From contig CBDCJV010000002.1 of NCBI GenBank assembly GCA_965217895.1, positions 4,256,001 to 4,320,000 of the forward strand: a stretch of DNA of 64,000 nt. The letters are read 5' to 3'. The DNA comes from Waterburya sp. Lineage in GTDB: Bacteria > Cyanobacteriota > Cyanobacteriia > Cyanobacteriales > Xenococcaceae. Shown in pieces: positions 18,876 to 28,583 of the stretch; the stretch's first letter is position 1; every line of letters starts with the position of its first letter. Below the pieces are notes generated by a model. The model saw only the letters and a list, made by a program, of their open reading frames with translations. It did not search any database and was not told the origin of the DNA. A program made the translations under genes and the position numbers.

Positions 18876-21461
18876 TTACTCATCATTTTTTGCTTCCAAC
18901 TTAGCCAAACGACTAGTCAAATCTAGATTAGCTTGCTTGAGCCGATCGACCTCTTGCCGCAACTCCTTCACCGCCTTGTCTGCACCCAAGTTTTTCTGAA
19001 CTTTAGTTACGGCCTCTTCTGCACGACGACGCACTCTACCATCGGCAGTTTGTTCTGCCAACCCATTGAGAATATTTATAGCTTGGGCGGTTTGCATTTG
19101 CCCCAAAGCACCAACGACTGCCACCTGAGTTAAGAAAAAAGACTCTCCTGCGATCGCTTCTAGCTGTTCTAAAATTTCTCCCAATTTCTCAGGAGTTTGA
19201 CCAGTAGATATCTCTCCTAAGCAGCGAATGGCGGTAAGCCTTAGAGCCTGGGGAGTATTTGGCTTAGTATATTCTAAGATAATATCCACTGCATCAGCAG
19301 AAGTTTTCATTTTGCTCAAGCCTGAAATTGCACCACCACGCACAACTTCATTCCAACCAGCACGCTGTTCTAAGATAGTTTTGAGTAAAGCGATCGCCTC
19401 TGGCTGTTTTGCCTTGAGATTTCCCCCTACCATACCGCCCAAACTACGGGCAGCAGCAGCCTCGTTGTAGTAGCTAGGATCTCCTTGCTGGAGAGAATCG
19501 GCAATAACTTGATAGCTAGCAGCATTTTTAAAGTTACTCAATGCCGTAATCACTGCCCGACGCACTCTGGCATCTTCATCTTTTAAGCCAGACTGCAAAG
19601 CATCCATTGCTTGATTGAGCTTGATTTTACCCAGCTTTTTGGCTACTTCTACCCGTACTCCCCAAAAGCGATCGCTCTTTAAAGATTCGGCTAAGGCTTT
19701 AACTGTTTCCAATCCACCTTTTTTAGCTAAAGCAGCAGCAGCATAGATACGGGAAATAGGATCGGGGTCGTGTTTTAGCTGTTTTTTAAGTTGGGCAACG
19801 GGATACTGTAAGGTAACTGTTTTGAGAAAGTTATTGCCCACGTCAAAGCTAATAAAATCAGGCTTACTTTCTAGGGGGAAATAAAAGCTTTGTTCTGCCT
19901 GATAGGTACGAAGGGAAAAGGTTTTGAATTCTGGAATATCAGATTTTTCAGCTACATAGCCAAAGGCTACGGGAATCTTGAGATCGAATAACTCTTTACT
20001 CTCACTATCTTTCTGCGCCTGTTTTTGAGTAACGGTCAACTTAGCCAAATTACTATCGCCATCCCAAGCATAAGCTACCTGATAATCGGGATGACCACCA
20101 CGAAAAACGTACTGATCGAACAAGAACATTAGGTTATAACCAGTGGCTTTATCGATCGCCCGCAGTAAATCTACTGTCTCAACTGTCTGGTGAGCATTAT
20201 CCTGGACAAAGGTTTGAATTGCCTTGTCAAATAGCTCATCTCCTAAAATTGCCCGAATCATGTGATAGACACAAGCACCCTTTTCATAAAGATGGCGGTC
20301 ATATAGTTCAATTGCTTCACGGTAAACATTCGTCACAATTGGACGGCGGTAACGAGTACTATCTTCATTGATATAGGTACGGGCTTCATTTAACAGATAA
20401 TAAGCAGCATCATCTTTACCATATTCCTCTTCTGTCCAAAACACCTCCGCATAGGAAGCCATCCCCTCTTTAATCCAGGCGTGTGACCAGTGTTTGATTA
20501 CTACCAAATCTCCAAACCACTGATGCGCTAGCTCGTGTAGCACTAAACTTTCAGTTCTCATGTTATCAGTTGCTGCTCGTTCATCTAACAAACAACGATC
20601 TGTTAATAAGGTAGTAGAAGTATTTTCCATCCCGCCAAAGATAAAGTCATCTACACACACCTGGGCATATTTAGGATAGGGATAGTCATAGCCATATTTG
20701 CGGGACAAAAACTCCACCATCCGAGGAGTTTTACCCATGCTGCGTTTACCGTCTGCTTCTCTTCCTTTTTCTACATAGTAGGTAATCGGTTTGCCTTTCC
20801 ATTCATCAGCAATCTCGGCAAAATCTCCCACCGCCAAAGTCATGAGGTAAGTAGGATGTACCTGCTGCTGTGACCAATGGTAGATCTCGCTATCTTCCGC
20901 TTTTTCAGTATTAATCAATTGCCCGTTAGAAATTGCCTTAAATCCTGCTGGTACTTGGACTCGAATTTCCGAAGTGGCTAATTGCCCAGGATAATCAAAG
21001 CAGGGAAACCAGAAGCGAGAATCTTCATCCTCTCCTTGTGTCCAAACCTGAGTCGGTTTATCAGGATAATATTCTGTAGGCGCAATAAAATATAGCCCTC
21101 GTTGGGGACGATCTACCGAATAGGCGATCGCTACGGCGAGCGCTTCTGTTGTAGTGGCTTGCTGTAAATGAATCTCAATTTGTGACCCATCGTAATCAAA
21201 ATTCTGACTAATACCATCAACTAATACGGATTCAATGGTTAAATCCACTGCATCCATCGTCAGTTGCTGAATACCTGGACGTACGGGAATAATAGTAGTA
21301 GTGCAAGTTCCTTGGAAACTTTGATTAGGGATATCGAGAATTAAATCAAGAAATATATGATCTACCTGTCCTGGGCGGTCTGGGTTGTAGTGAGGTTTCG
21401 CCCCTGGAAGCTCAAAAGATTTGCGTTGATTTTCTTCAGCATCGAAATAAAAATGAGACAT
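18876..21461 (-). CDS. pepN: M1 aminopeptidase N with HEAT-like repeats
   Basis: GGMEN, HELAHQWFG...E zinc motif, YEKGA, C-terminal HEAT repeats. Confidence 0.92.
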   Translation of the reverse strand: MSHFYFDAEENQRKSFELPGAKPHYNPDRPGQVDHIFLDLILDIPNQSFQGTCTTTIIPVRPGIQQLTMDAVDLTIESVLVDGISQNFDYDGSQIEIHLQQATTTEALAVAIAYSVDRPQRGLYFIAPTEYYPDKPTQVWTQGEDEDSRFWFPCFDYPGQLATSEIRVQVPAGFKAISNGQLINTEKAEDSEIYHWSQQQVHPTYLMTLAVGDFAEIADEWKGKPITYYVEKGREADGKRSMGKTPRMVEFLSRKYGYDYPYPKYAQVCVDDFIFGGMENTSTTLLTDRCLLDERAATDNMRTESLVLHELAHQWFGDLVVIKHWSHAWIKEGMASYAEVFWTEEEYGKDDAAYYLLNEARTYINEDSTRYRRPIVTNVYREAIELYDRHLYEKGACVYHMIRAILGDELFDKAIQTFVQDNAHQTVETVDLLRAIDKATGYNLMFLFDQYVFRGGHPDYQVAYAWDGDSNLAKLTVTQKQAQKDSESKELFDLKIPVAFGYVAEKSDIPEFKTFSLRTYQAEQSFYFPLESKPDFISFDVGNNFLKTVTLQYPVAQLKKQLKHDPDPISRIYAAAALAKKGGLETVKALAESLKSDRFWGVRVEVAKKLGKIKLNQAMDALQSGLKDEDARVRRAVITALSNFKNAASYQVIADSLQQGDPSYYNEAAAARSLGGMVGGNLKAKQPEAIALLKTILEQRAGWNEVVRGGAISGLSKMKTSADAVDIILEYTKPNTPQALRLTAIRCLGEISTGQTPEKLGEILEQLEAIAGESFFLTQVAVVGALGQMQTAQAINILNGLAEQTADGRVRRRAEEAVTKVQKNLGADKAVKELRQEVDRLKQANLDLTSRLAKLEAKNDE

Positions 21462-21641
21462 GGATTATCTGAATAATTGCAGTATACCTTTATAGATTAG
21501 GGTATCTAATTCAGCGAAATTTTACTTAAGATTTATTTTTGACTATCAAGATCAAAACTGACTAATTTTTAAAAGCAATATTTTAAAAGCGATCGATACT
21601 TTAACTGATTTAATTGCGATCAAAATCAAGCTAATACTCGA

Positions 21642-21986
21642 TCAATTCTCAAATTTGCCCATTTTTCCTAACCGTATCGTCATCAGTTCAACATCGGTAA
21701 TTGCCTTATGTTCTCCTTGGCGAGTATTGGCTGGTGTAATCCAAAATGTTCCCATACTGTAGCGTTGTCCACTAGTTTCAATTTCTCCTTTTAAAACATA
21801 AACATATTCGTCACAAGGATGAGTATGAAAGGGAATTATTGTACCTGCTTTCATCCGTAATCGATGAATTGAACCATGTTCTGTAGGTTCAGCTAAAGGT
21901 AAAAACTGTGTTCCTGGAAACTGTTCCAAATCTTGCCATAGTTCCTGGTCTGTCTGGATAAAAATTTGCGAGGTCATATTCAACAA
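21642..21986 (-). CDS. Cupin-domain protein (ChrR-like)
   Basis: PFHTHPCDEYVYVLKG and GTFW.TP...GEH cupin motifs. Confidence 0.8.
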   Translation of the reverse strand: MLNMTSQIFIQTDQELWQDLEQFPGTQFLPLAEPTEHGSIHRLRMKAGTIIPFHTHPCDEYVYVLKGEIETSGQRYSMGTFWITPANTRQGEHKAITDVELMTIRLGKMGKFEN

Positions 21987-22048
21987 TTGACAATGAACAA
22001 TTATCCATTGATAAAATATACGTTTTGATTTAATATTTTAACTGAGAA

Positions 22049-22065
22049 AGTGAATAATATTCACT
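22049..22065. promoter_or_regulatory. Probable TetR operator
   Basis: Perfect inverted repeat AGTGAATA-A-TATTCACT between the divergent cupin and TetR genes. Confidence 0.65.
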
Positions 22066-22229
22066 CGAATACTATAATCATAGAAAAAGCCGATATTGTC
22101 AAGCTAGGGGCAGAAAAGACAATGATTTACTTACCGCTAATTTACATTCATAAAAAGCTTTTGGTTTTTTGTTGAGAGTATGGCGATCGCTTTTAGGCTG
22201 TACATCAATAACATTTGACAGTTTGAACT

Positions 22230-22838
22230 ATGAACCAAACATCTAAACCTAGATATAATGTGGCGCAAAGATATACTGCTCTATTAGATGCGGGAGAAAT
22301 ATTATTTTGTCAGGGATACGATCGAGCACAGCCCAAGCTGATAGCAGAAAAAGCAAATGTATCTGTTGGTTTGTTTTATCGACATTTTAAAAATAAAAGA
22401 GAAATGCTGACAGAAATTATGGTGAAGCATTTAGACAAGCTGCATCGGCAAATTGCTAAAGCATTAGAACAAAACCTAGAGGTAGAAGCAGCACTAAATC
22501 TGGTTTTGCTACAGACTCTGCACTATTTTCATCAGCATCAGCAGATTATCAAACTTTTTTTCCTGCAAATTGGCTACGGAGATTTTGCCGCTACTACTAA
22601 ACTTAGCCAAGCTAGACAAACTTACCGAAGTTTTTTAAGCAATATTATTCAAGCAGGAATTGAACAAAAGATTTTTTTAGATTCTGAATTACTCGATATT
22701 GAACTAGCTATAAATAGTATTATCGGCACAATTAACTGGTCTATTTATGATTGTTTGGTAGTTAAAAATAAACCTTTAGAACCTGAAATATTTATCAAGA
22801 AGCTGTTACCTCATCTACTTAGAAGTCTACAAAGATAA
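22230..22838 (+). CDS. TetR/AcrR family regulator
   Basis: IAEKANVSVGLFYRHFKNK helix-turn-helix. Confidence 0.9.
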   Translation: MNQTSKPRYNVAQRYTALLDAGEILFCQGYDRAQPKLIAEKANVSVGLFYRHFKNKREMLTEIMVKHLDKLHRQIAKALEQNLEVEAALNLVLLQTLHYFHQHQQIIKLFFLQIGYGDFAATTKLSQARQTYRSFLSNIIQAGIEQKIFLDSELLDIELAINSIIGTINWSIYDCLVVKNKPLEPEIFIKKLLPHLLRSLQR

Positions 22839-22853
22839 TATCTTTTAAATAAA

Positions 22854-24263
22854 ATGAATCAGATTTTTAGCTCTAAAAGTTGGGGTTATTTGTTATTAGC
22901 TGCTAGCCTATTTTGTATCTTTATCGCTACTTTGTCTCCTTTTGAGTTGGTTACTCCAGAGGGGTTTTCTGTGAGTTATATTATTGAAAAATTTAATTTT
23001 GGCAGCAGTCTCAAAGACTATTGGCAAAATATTCTGTTATTTATTCCTCTAGGAATTAGCTTATTTATAATTACCGCTAACAAACACCGCAATATCTGGT
23101 TAATTCTAATTGTTTGCTGTTTAGTTAGTGCCGTAATATCTACGGCGATAGAGTTGACTCAGCTATTTCTCCCCACCCGTGTATCTAACCTAACTGATAT
23201 TATTTTTAACACCTGTGGTGGATGTGTAGGAGGAATTATATATCTTTGGCGTAAGAATATTATTCAGTTTTTTGCTGGCATTCTAACTGGTAATCGTCAT
23301 AAACTTAGTTTAAAGTCTTTACTTACGGCGATCGCCATTTATTGTTCCATTGTTATTTTAGCAATCTGGGTCTTATTAAACAGCATCAACTTATTAAATT
23401 GGGATGATGATTATTATTTAGCAATTGGAAACGAGGTTACAGGCGATCGCCCTTGGCATGGTTCTATAAATAGCGTGTATATTTGCGATCGCGCTTTAAA
23501 TCAGTCAGAAGTGATTCAGGCTTTTGAAGATCGCAATAGTTTTCTGTCTCCACTGTCTAGTTTAATCACATCTTTTTCTTTTACAGATCTGCAAGAATAT
23601 TATCAAGATAAAAATCAAAATACTCCAGACTTAAAATTATCTAAATCTCCTCAAGCTGAAATTAAAGGAGATAAAAATAAGCAGACAGAAGATAATATAA
23701 TATATCAAAATCTGGGAATTTTATTAAATAAGAATCAGTGGCTAAAAACAAAAGACAGTGCAGTTTTCTTAAATAAAAGACTCAAGCAAACTAATGAATT
23801 TAGTTTTTTCCTGACGGTTGCCTCCAGAGATCTTCAGCAAACTGGGCCAGCTAGGATTATTTCTCTAGCCGATAGCACAATTGCTCAAAATATCATAATT
23901 GGTCAATCAGAAAAAAACTTAAGCTTACGGCTGCGAACTCCGACAACAGGAAGCAGCGCGAATCAACCTCATTTTGTAGTTCCCAATGTTTTTGATAACT
24001 ATGGTTTTCATCAAATATTGGTTACTTTTGCTGATAAGAAACTATCTGCTTATATTGATTATCCTAAAAATTTATACTCTTTTAAATTTGATGTTTATAA
24101 TAGTTCCTTGAGCTACTTACCATGGAATAGGCCAGGATGGAATATTAATTTGGCAGAATTTAATAACTTAAAATATAAGCTAGGTTTTTGCATAGTTGTC
24201 TTTTCACCATTAGCTATTTTAATTTATTATCTAATATCTCTACAGTTAGGACAGTTGAGGTAG
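22854..24263 (+). CDS. VanZ-family membrane protein with a large soluble (LamG-like) domain
   Basis: NILLFIPLG, IELTQLFLPTRVSNLTDIIFNTCG VanZ motifs; GNEVTGDRPW and GPARIIS region. Confidence 0.75.
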   Translation: MNQIFSSKSWGYLLLAASLFCIFIATLSPFELVTPEGFSVSYIIEKFNFGSSLKDYWQNILLFIPLGISLFIITANKHRNIWLILIVCCLVSAVISTAIELTQLFLPTRVSNLTDIIFNTCGGCVGGIIYLWRKNIIQFFAGILTGNRHKLSLKSLLTAIAIYCSIVILAIWVLLNSINLLNWDDDYYLAIGNEVTGDRPWHGSINSVYICDRALNQSEVIQAFEDRNSFLSPLSSLITSFSFTDLQEYYQDKNQNTPDLKLSKSPQAEIKGDKNKQTEDNIIYQNLGILLNKNQWLKTKDSAVFLNKRLKQTNEFSFFLTVASRDLQQTGPARIISLADSTIAQNIIIGQSEKNLSLRLRTPTTGSSANQPHFVVPNVFDNYGFHQILVTFADKKLSAYIDYPKNLYSFKFDVYNSSLSYLPWNRPGWNINLAEFNNLKYKLGFCIVVFSPLAILIYYLISLQLGQLR

Positions 24264-24393
24264 TAGTCCGTCAAAATTGTTCTGAGGAGTAATTGGGGTA
24301 GTGAGGTAGTGGGGTAATACTTCTTCATCTCCTCTATTCATCCATCTGCAATACCTACAATACTTCCATCAATTTAAAGTTGATAGGCTAGTA
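24261..24393. repeat. MITE-like element with imperfect TIRs
   Basis: TAGTAGTCCGTCAAAATT... versus ...AATTTAAAGTTGATAGGCTAGTA, with internal GGGGTAGT-like repeats. Confidence 0.55.
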
Positions 24394-24558
24394 GTTTTAG
24401 TCAAGATTTAAGACAAAGAAATATTACTAAGTGTAAAAAAATACGGGTTTTTCAACACATCTTGGCAGATTGTAGGTACAACCATTAGTGTTCCCGATAG
24501 TGTGACTGTCAACTAGTATAAAAATACTATCTATCTTACCAAGTCAAAACTGTAGTTC

Positions 24559-27500
24559 ATGGTTCACATAAAGCGCATCGAACTGTCTCACTTTAAATCT
24601 TTTGGTGGTATAACTAAAGTACCCATACTACCTGGTTTTACGGTAGTCTCTGGACCAAATGGTTCAGGAAAGTCCAATATCCTAGATGCGCTGCTATTTT
24701 GCTTGGGTTTAGCTAGTTCTAAGGGGATGCGTGCCGATCGCCTGCCCGATTTAGTTAATAATAAACATATTGGTAGTGGCAAGGCAGCAGAAGCAGTTGT
24801 TTCTGTAACCTTTGACTTGAGTGATTTAGGTGACTTAGAAGATGTGGTGACAACGGTAACCAATGTCCATGATTTGATACCTATTGACTCTTCACAAGAG
24901 TTAGCAGCAATAGGAGATAGTGATAATAATATCGGCAATAGTAATGGTAGTGGTCATGTAGAAGAGTCAGAAGAAACAGTCGCTACAGTAGATGAAGGCG
25001 ATAAAAAAATTGTCGCGATCGCCAACGGGAATAGTCTGGAGTGGAAGGTAACGCGCAGGCTAAGAGTGGCAAAAAAAGGCAACTACACTTCTACGTTTTA
25101 TGTGAACGGTGAAGTTGCCACCGCCACAGACGTTCATGAACAGCTACAAAAACTAAGAGTTTATCCCGAAGGCTATAACGTAGTGTTGCAGGGTGACGTT
25201 ACTAGCATCATTACGATGAACTCTAAAGAAAGACGAGAAATTATTGATGAGTTGGCGGGTGTAGCAGCTTTTGATCGCAAGATTCAGCAAACGCGGAAAA
25301 CCCTGGATAAGGTACAGGAAAGAGAAGAAAAGTGTCATATAATTGCTCAAGAATTGATTGCCAACCGCGATCGCCTGGCAGCAGATCGAGTAAAAGCGGA
25401 AAAGTACCGTAAGCTTAAAGAAAAGGTACAGGAAAAGAAAAATCAAGAAAAAGTTTTAGTATGGCGATCGCTTACTCAACAGCAAGAGGAGTTACAGTTA
25501 AAGTTAACAGGAGGAGAAACTGAGACGGTACAGTTAACGCAAAGCATTGCCAAGCTAGATATCGAGGTAAAAGAACACAGCGAAAAGTTAGAAGTTCTTA
25601 ATGCCCAGGTAAAAGCCTTGGGAGAGGATGAACAGCTATCGGTAGCATCAGATCTGGCTACTCAAAAAGCCAAACAGCATCAGCTAAAGCAAAAGCAAGA
25701 AGAGTTAACCAATACAAGCCAGCAAAAAAGATTGGCGTTGGTGCAAACGCAACAAAACCTAGAACAGTATCAGCTAGAAATCAAACAGCTTGAACAAGAA
25801 AAAAGCAAGCTAGAAAGCGAGACTATTCCTTATTTAACTCAAGAGGCTGTAGCAGCCAGAGAAATAGTTACCCAGAGTAAGGAAAATGCCAATGCGATCG
25901 CCGAAGCCTCCGAAGCTTGGGTACAAGAACAAGCGACTATTACCCGTCAAGCATCAGCTATTCAAGATGTTCTTAATCCTCAACGTACTGAACAAGCCAG
26001 AATTAGCGAGAGATTTAACCAGTTAGATAGCACTATCACTGAGCAAGCTGAGTCTTTAGAGGCGGTTGAAGCAGAATTAAAAGGCAAACAAATAGAATAT
26101 AATTCCCTATCTAGTCAGGTAACAAAAGAACAAGGTCATGTACAGAGAATTGCTCAACAGTTAACCGAAGCAGAAAGCGATCGCGCTTTGCAACAAGAAA
26201 CCCAACAGCGTCTTTTAATTGAGCAACGAGAGAAACAACGGGAGTTAGACAAGCTAGAAGCTACCACCCAAGCACAACAAGAAGTTCAGGGTACTTTTGC
26301 CAGCAAGATTATCTTGAACTCTAATTTAGCGGGGGTTGAGGGGTTAGTTGTGCAGTTAGGACAGGTGGAACAGCGTTACCGCTTGGCGTTAGAAACCGCA
26401 GCGGGAGGAAGATTAGGCTTTATTGTCGTCGAAAGCGATCGCGTGGCTGCACAGGGTATTGAGCTATTAAAAAGAGAACGGGGAGGTAGAGCAACATTTT
26501 TACCTTTAAATAAAATCCAAGCACCACGCTTGGGCAACATTGCCACCATGCGTTTTGGTCGAGGTTTTGTTGATTTAGCGGTTAATTTAGTTAATTGTGA
26601 CTCTCGCTATGATGAAATCTTTGCCTATGTGTTTGGCGGTACTATTGTCTTTGATACCCTTGATAATGCTCGTTCGAGCTTGGGTAAACATCGCATTGTT
26701 ACCTTAGAAGGAGAAATCTTGGAAGTCAGTGGGGCGATGACTGGAGGAAGTAAATCTAGCCGTTCTAGTTTGCATTTTGGTGGTGCTGCAAACCGTGAAT
26801 CAGGACAAGTAGAAGCACTAAAAGAGCGTTTGGCAGAAATAGAGCGCATCTTATCTAGCTATGACCAAAGAATAGCAAATCAGATTGCACAAATCAAGGA
26901 TTTGGCAGAAGAATTAACTGAGGCAAGACAGCTAGGTAGAGATAATAAAATGCTATCCGAACAGCTAGAGAAGGAAATTAAGCGTCTTACTGGACAAAAA
27001 GAACTATTAATTAATCAGCTAAACAATAATCGCCAGGAAAGAGCAACAATTCAATCTCGCCTGGAAATATTAAACGCAGCTATTGCCGAACAGGAAATCA
27101 AGTTACAAGCTTTACAACAACAGCTACAAGACTTAGAAGAATCTCATTCTCAAAGTGAATGGCAACAGGTACAGGCAATAATTAACAGTCAAGAAGAACA
27201 GCTACAGCAACAAGAACTAAATTTAAGACAGGCAGAAAGACAACTATTAGATTTAAGCAATAAATATCAACGCCTGAGTGAAAAAATCTCGGAAGCAGAA
27301 CAATACAATGAACAATTAAACAATGAACAATTATCAATTAGCAATCAACAATTAACAATTAACAATCAGCTAATAGAAATAGAAGTAAAAATAACCGAAA
27401 CCGAAACACAATTAGAACAACTAACAGCAAAACTAGGAGAAACAAAACAAGAACGCGATCGCACCGAAAACAATCTACAGGAGTCACGAGATCGCCATCA

Positions 27501-28335
27501 AAAACAAGTCTGGAAACTAGAAAAACTTCAGTCATCTCAGCAAGAAAGGCAAGCCACCTTACAAACTCTCCAGCAACAAATAGCTGAACAAGAGTTAGAA
27601 CTTCCCGATCCTATTCCTGAAATTTCACAGTTAGTAAATGAAGACGGTACTAAAGCAGGAGAATTAATTACCTTTGCCAATCTCCACGAACACGTTGAAC
27701 AACTTCAAAAGCAAATTCGTAATGGAGAAAAACGTCTTGAGGCAATGGAACCCGTCAATATGTTGGCGTTAGAAGAATACGAAAAAACCGAAGCTAGACT
27801 ACAAGAACTTTCTTATAAGTTAGATACTATTGAAGCAGAAAGAACAGAACTCCTGCTAAGAGTCGAGAAATTTACCACCTTACGTTTACGAGCGTTTAAA
27901 GAATCTTATGATGCGGTAAACGAAAACTTTCAAAAGATTTATGCCGAACTTTCTGATGGTGATGGACACCTACAGCTAGAAGATGAAAATGATCCCTTCA
28001 ACGGCGGTTTAAATCTAGTTGCTCACCCCAAAGGCAAAGCAGTACAAAAACTAAGTTCTATGTCTGGAGGCGAGAAATCTTTAACAGCACTCGGCTTTAT
28101 CTTTTCTCTCCAAAAATATCGCCCTTCCCCTTTTTATGCCTTTGATGAGGTAGATATGTTCCTCGATGGTGCAAACGTCGAAAAACTATCCCGCATGGTC
28201 AAAAAACAAGCACAGTCGGCACAATTTATTGTTGTAAGTCTACGTCGCCCAATGATTGAAGCTTCCGAAAGAACTATCGGCGTTACCCAAGCTAGAGGCG
28301 CACATACTCAGGTATTAGGAATTAAAATGAAGTAG
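24559..28335 (+). CDS. smc: Chromosome segregation protein SMC
   Basis: GPNGSGKSN, coiled coils, hinge GRATFLPL...GAMTGG, MSGGEKS, FDEVD. Confidence 0.97.
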   Translation: MVHIKRIELSHFKSFGGITKVPILPGFTVVSGPNGSGKSNILDALLFCLGLASSKGMRADRLPDLVNNKHIGSGKAAEAVVSVTFDLSDLGDLEDVVTTVTNVHDLIPIDSSQELAAIGDSDNNIGNSNGSGHVEESEETVATVDEGDKKIVAIANGNSLEWKVTRRLRVAKKGNYTSTFYVNGEVATATDVHEQLQKLRVYPEGYNVVLQGDVTSIITMNSKERREIIDELAGVAAFDRKIQQTRKTLDKVQEREEKCHIIAQELIANRDRLAADRVKAEKYRKLKEKVQEKKNQEKVLVWRSLTQQQEELQLKLTGGETETVQLTQSIAKLDIEVKEHSEKLEVLNAQVKALGEDEQLSVASDLATQKAKQHQLKQKQEELTNTSQQKRLALVQTQQNLEQYQLEIKQLEQEKSKLESETIPYLTQEAVAAREIVTQSKENANAIAEASEAWVQEQATITRQASAIQDVLNPQRTEQARISERFNQLDSTITEQAESLEAVEAELKGKQIEYNSLSSQVTKEQGHVQRIAQQLTEAESDRALQQETQQRLLIEQREKQRELDKLEATTQAQQEVQGTFASKIILNSNLAGVEGLVVQLGQVEQRYRLALETAAGGRLGFIVVESDRVAAQGIELLKRERGGRATFLPLNKIQAPRLGNIATMRFGRGFVDLAVNLVNCDSRYDEIFAYVFGGTIVFDTLDNARSSLGKHRIVTLEGEILEVSGAMTGGSKSSRSSLHFGGAANRESGQVEALKERLAEIERILSSYDQRIANQIAQIKDLAEELTEARQLGRDNKMLSEQLEKEIKRLTGQKELLINQLNNNRQERATIQSRLEILNAAIAEQEIKLQALQQQLQDLEESHSQSEWQQVQAIINSQEEQLQQQELNLRQAERQLLDLSNKYQRLSEKISEAEQYNEQLNNEQLSISNQQLTINNQLIEIEVKITETETQLEQLTAKLGETKQERDRTENNLQESRDRHQKQVWKLEKLQSSQQERQATLQTLQQQIAEQELELPDPIPEISQLVNEDGTKAGELITFANLHEHVEQLQKQIRNGEKRLEAMEPVNMLALEEYEKTEARLQELSYKLDTIEAERTELLLRVEKFTTLRLRAFKESYDAVNENFQKIYAELSDGDGHLQLEDENDPFNGGLNLVAHPKGKAVQKLSSMSGGEKSLTALGFIFSLQKYRPSPFYAFDEVDMFLDGANVEKLSRMVKKQAQSAQFIVVSLRRPMIEASERTIGVTQARGAHTQVLGIKMK
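27305..27368 (+). repeat. Heptamer STRR tract inside smc
   Basis: About 9 units of ACAATTA/ACAATGA/ACAATCA encoding NEQLNNEQLSISNQQLTINNQ. Confidence 0.7.
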
Positions 28336-28340
28336 TTTTT

Positions 28341-28507
28341 AGTTTCGCCTACAGCCCCTTGGAAACCCTTCCACCGCAACTGTCTCACCGCAGGCGCACT
28401 TCCGCATCTAAACGTAAAGGAATTCTCACCAAGACGGCTTAAAGCTCAAGGCTTAGAGCTTAGAACTATCTTAACTAATCAATTGTCTTAACCCGAACTG
28501 AGGTTAA
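28341..28507. repeat. Cluster of GC-rich small dispersed repeats and short tandem repeats
   Basis: GC-rich block GGAAACCCTTCCACCGCAACTGTCTCACCGCAGGCGCAC, GCTTA(A/G)A heptamers, and TTAACCCGAACTGAGGTTAA with inverted ends. Confidence 0.45.
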
Positions 28508-28583
28508 ATTATTAATTATTTAATAAAAAAAGCAAATTTTACGCCTACAATAGCGCACATAGATACTGTTCGCTTTTTTTCTA

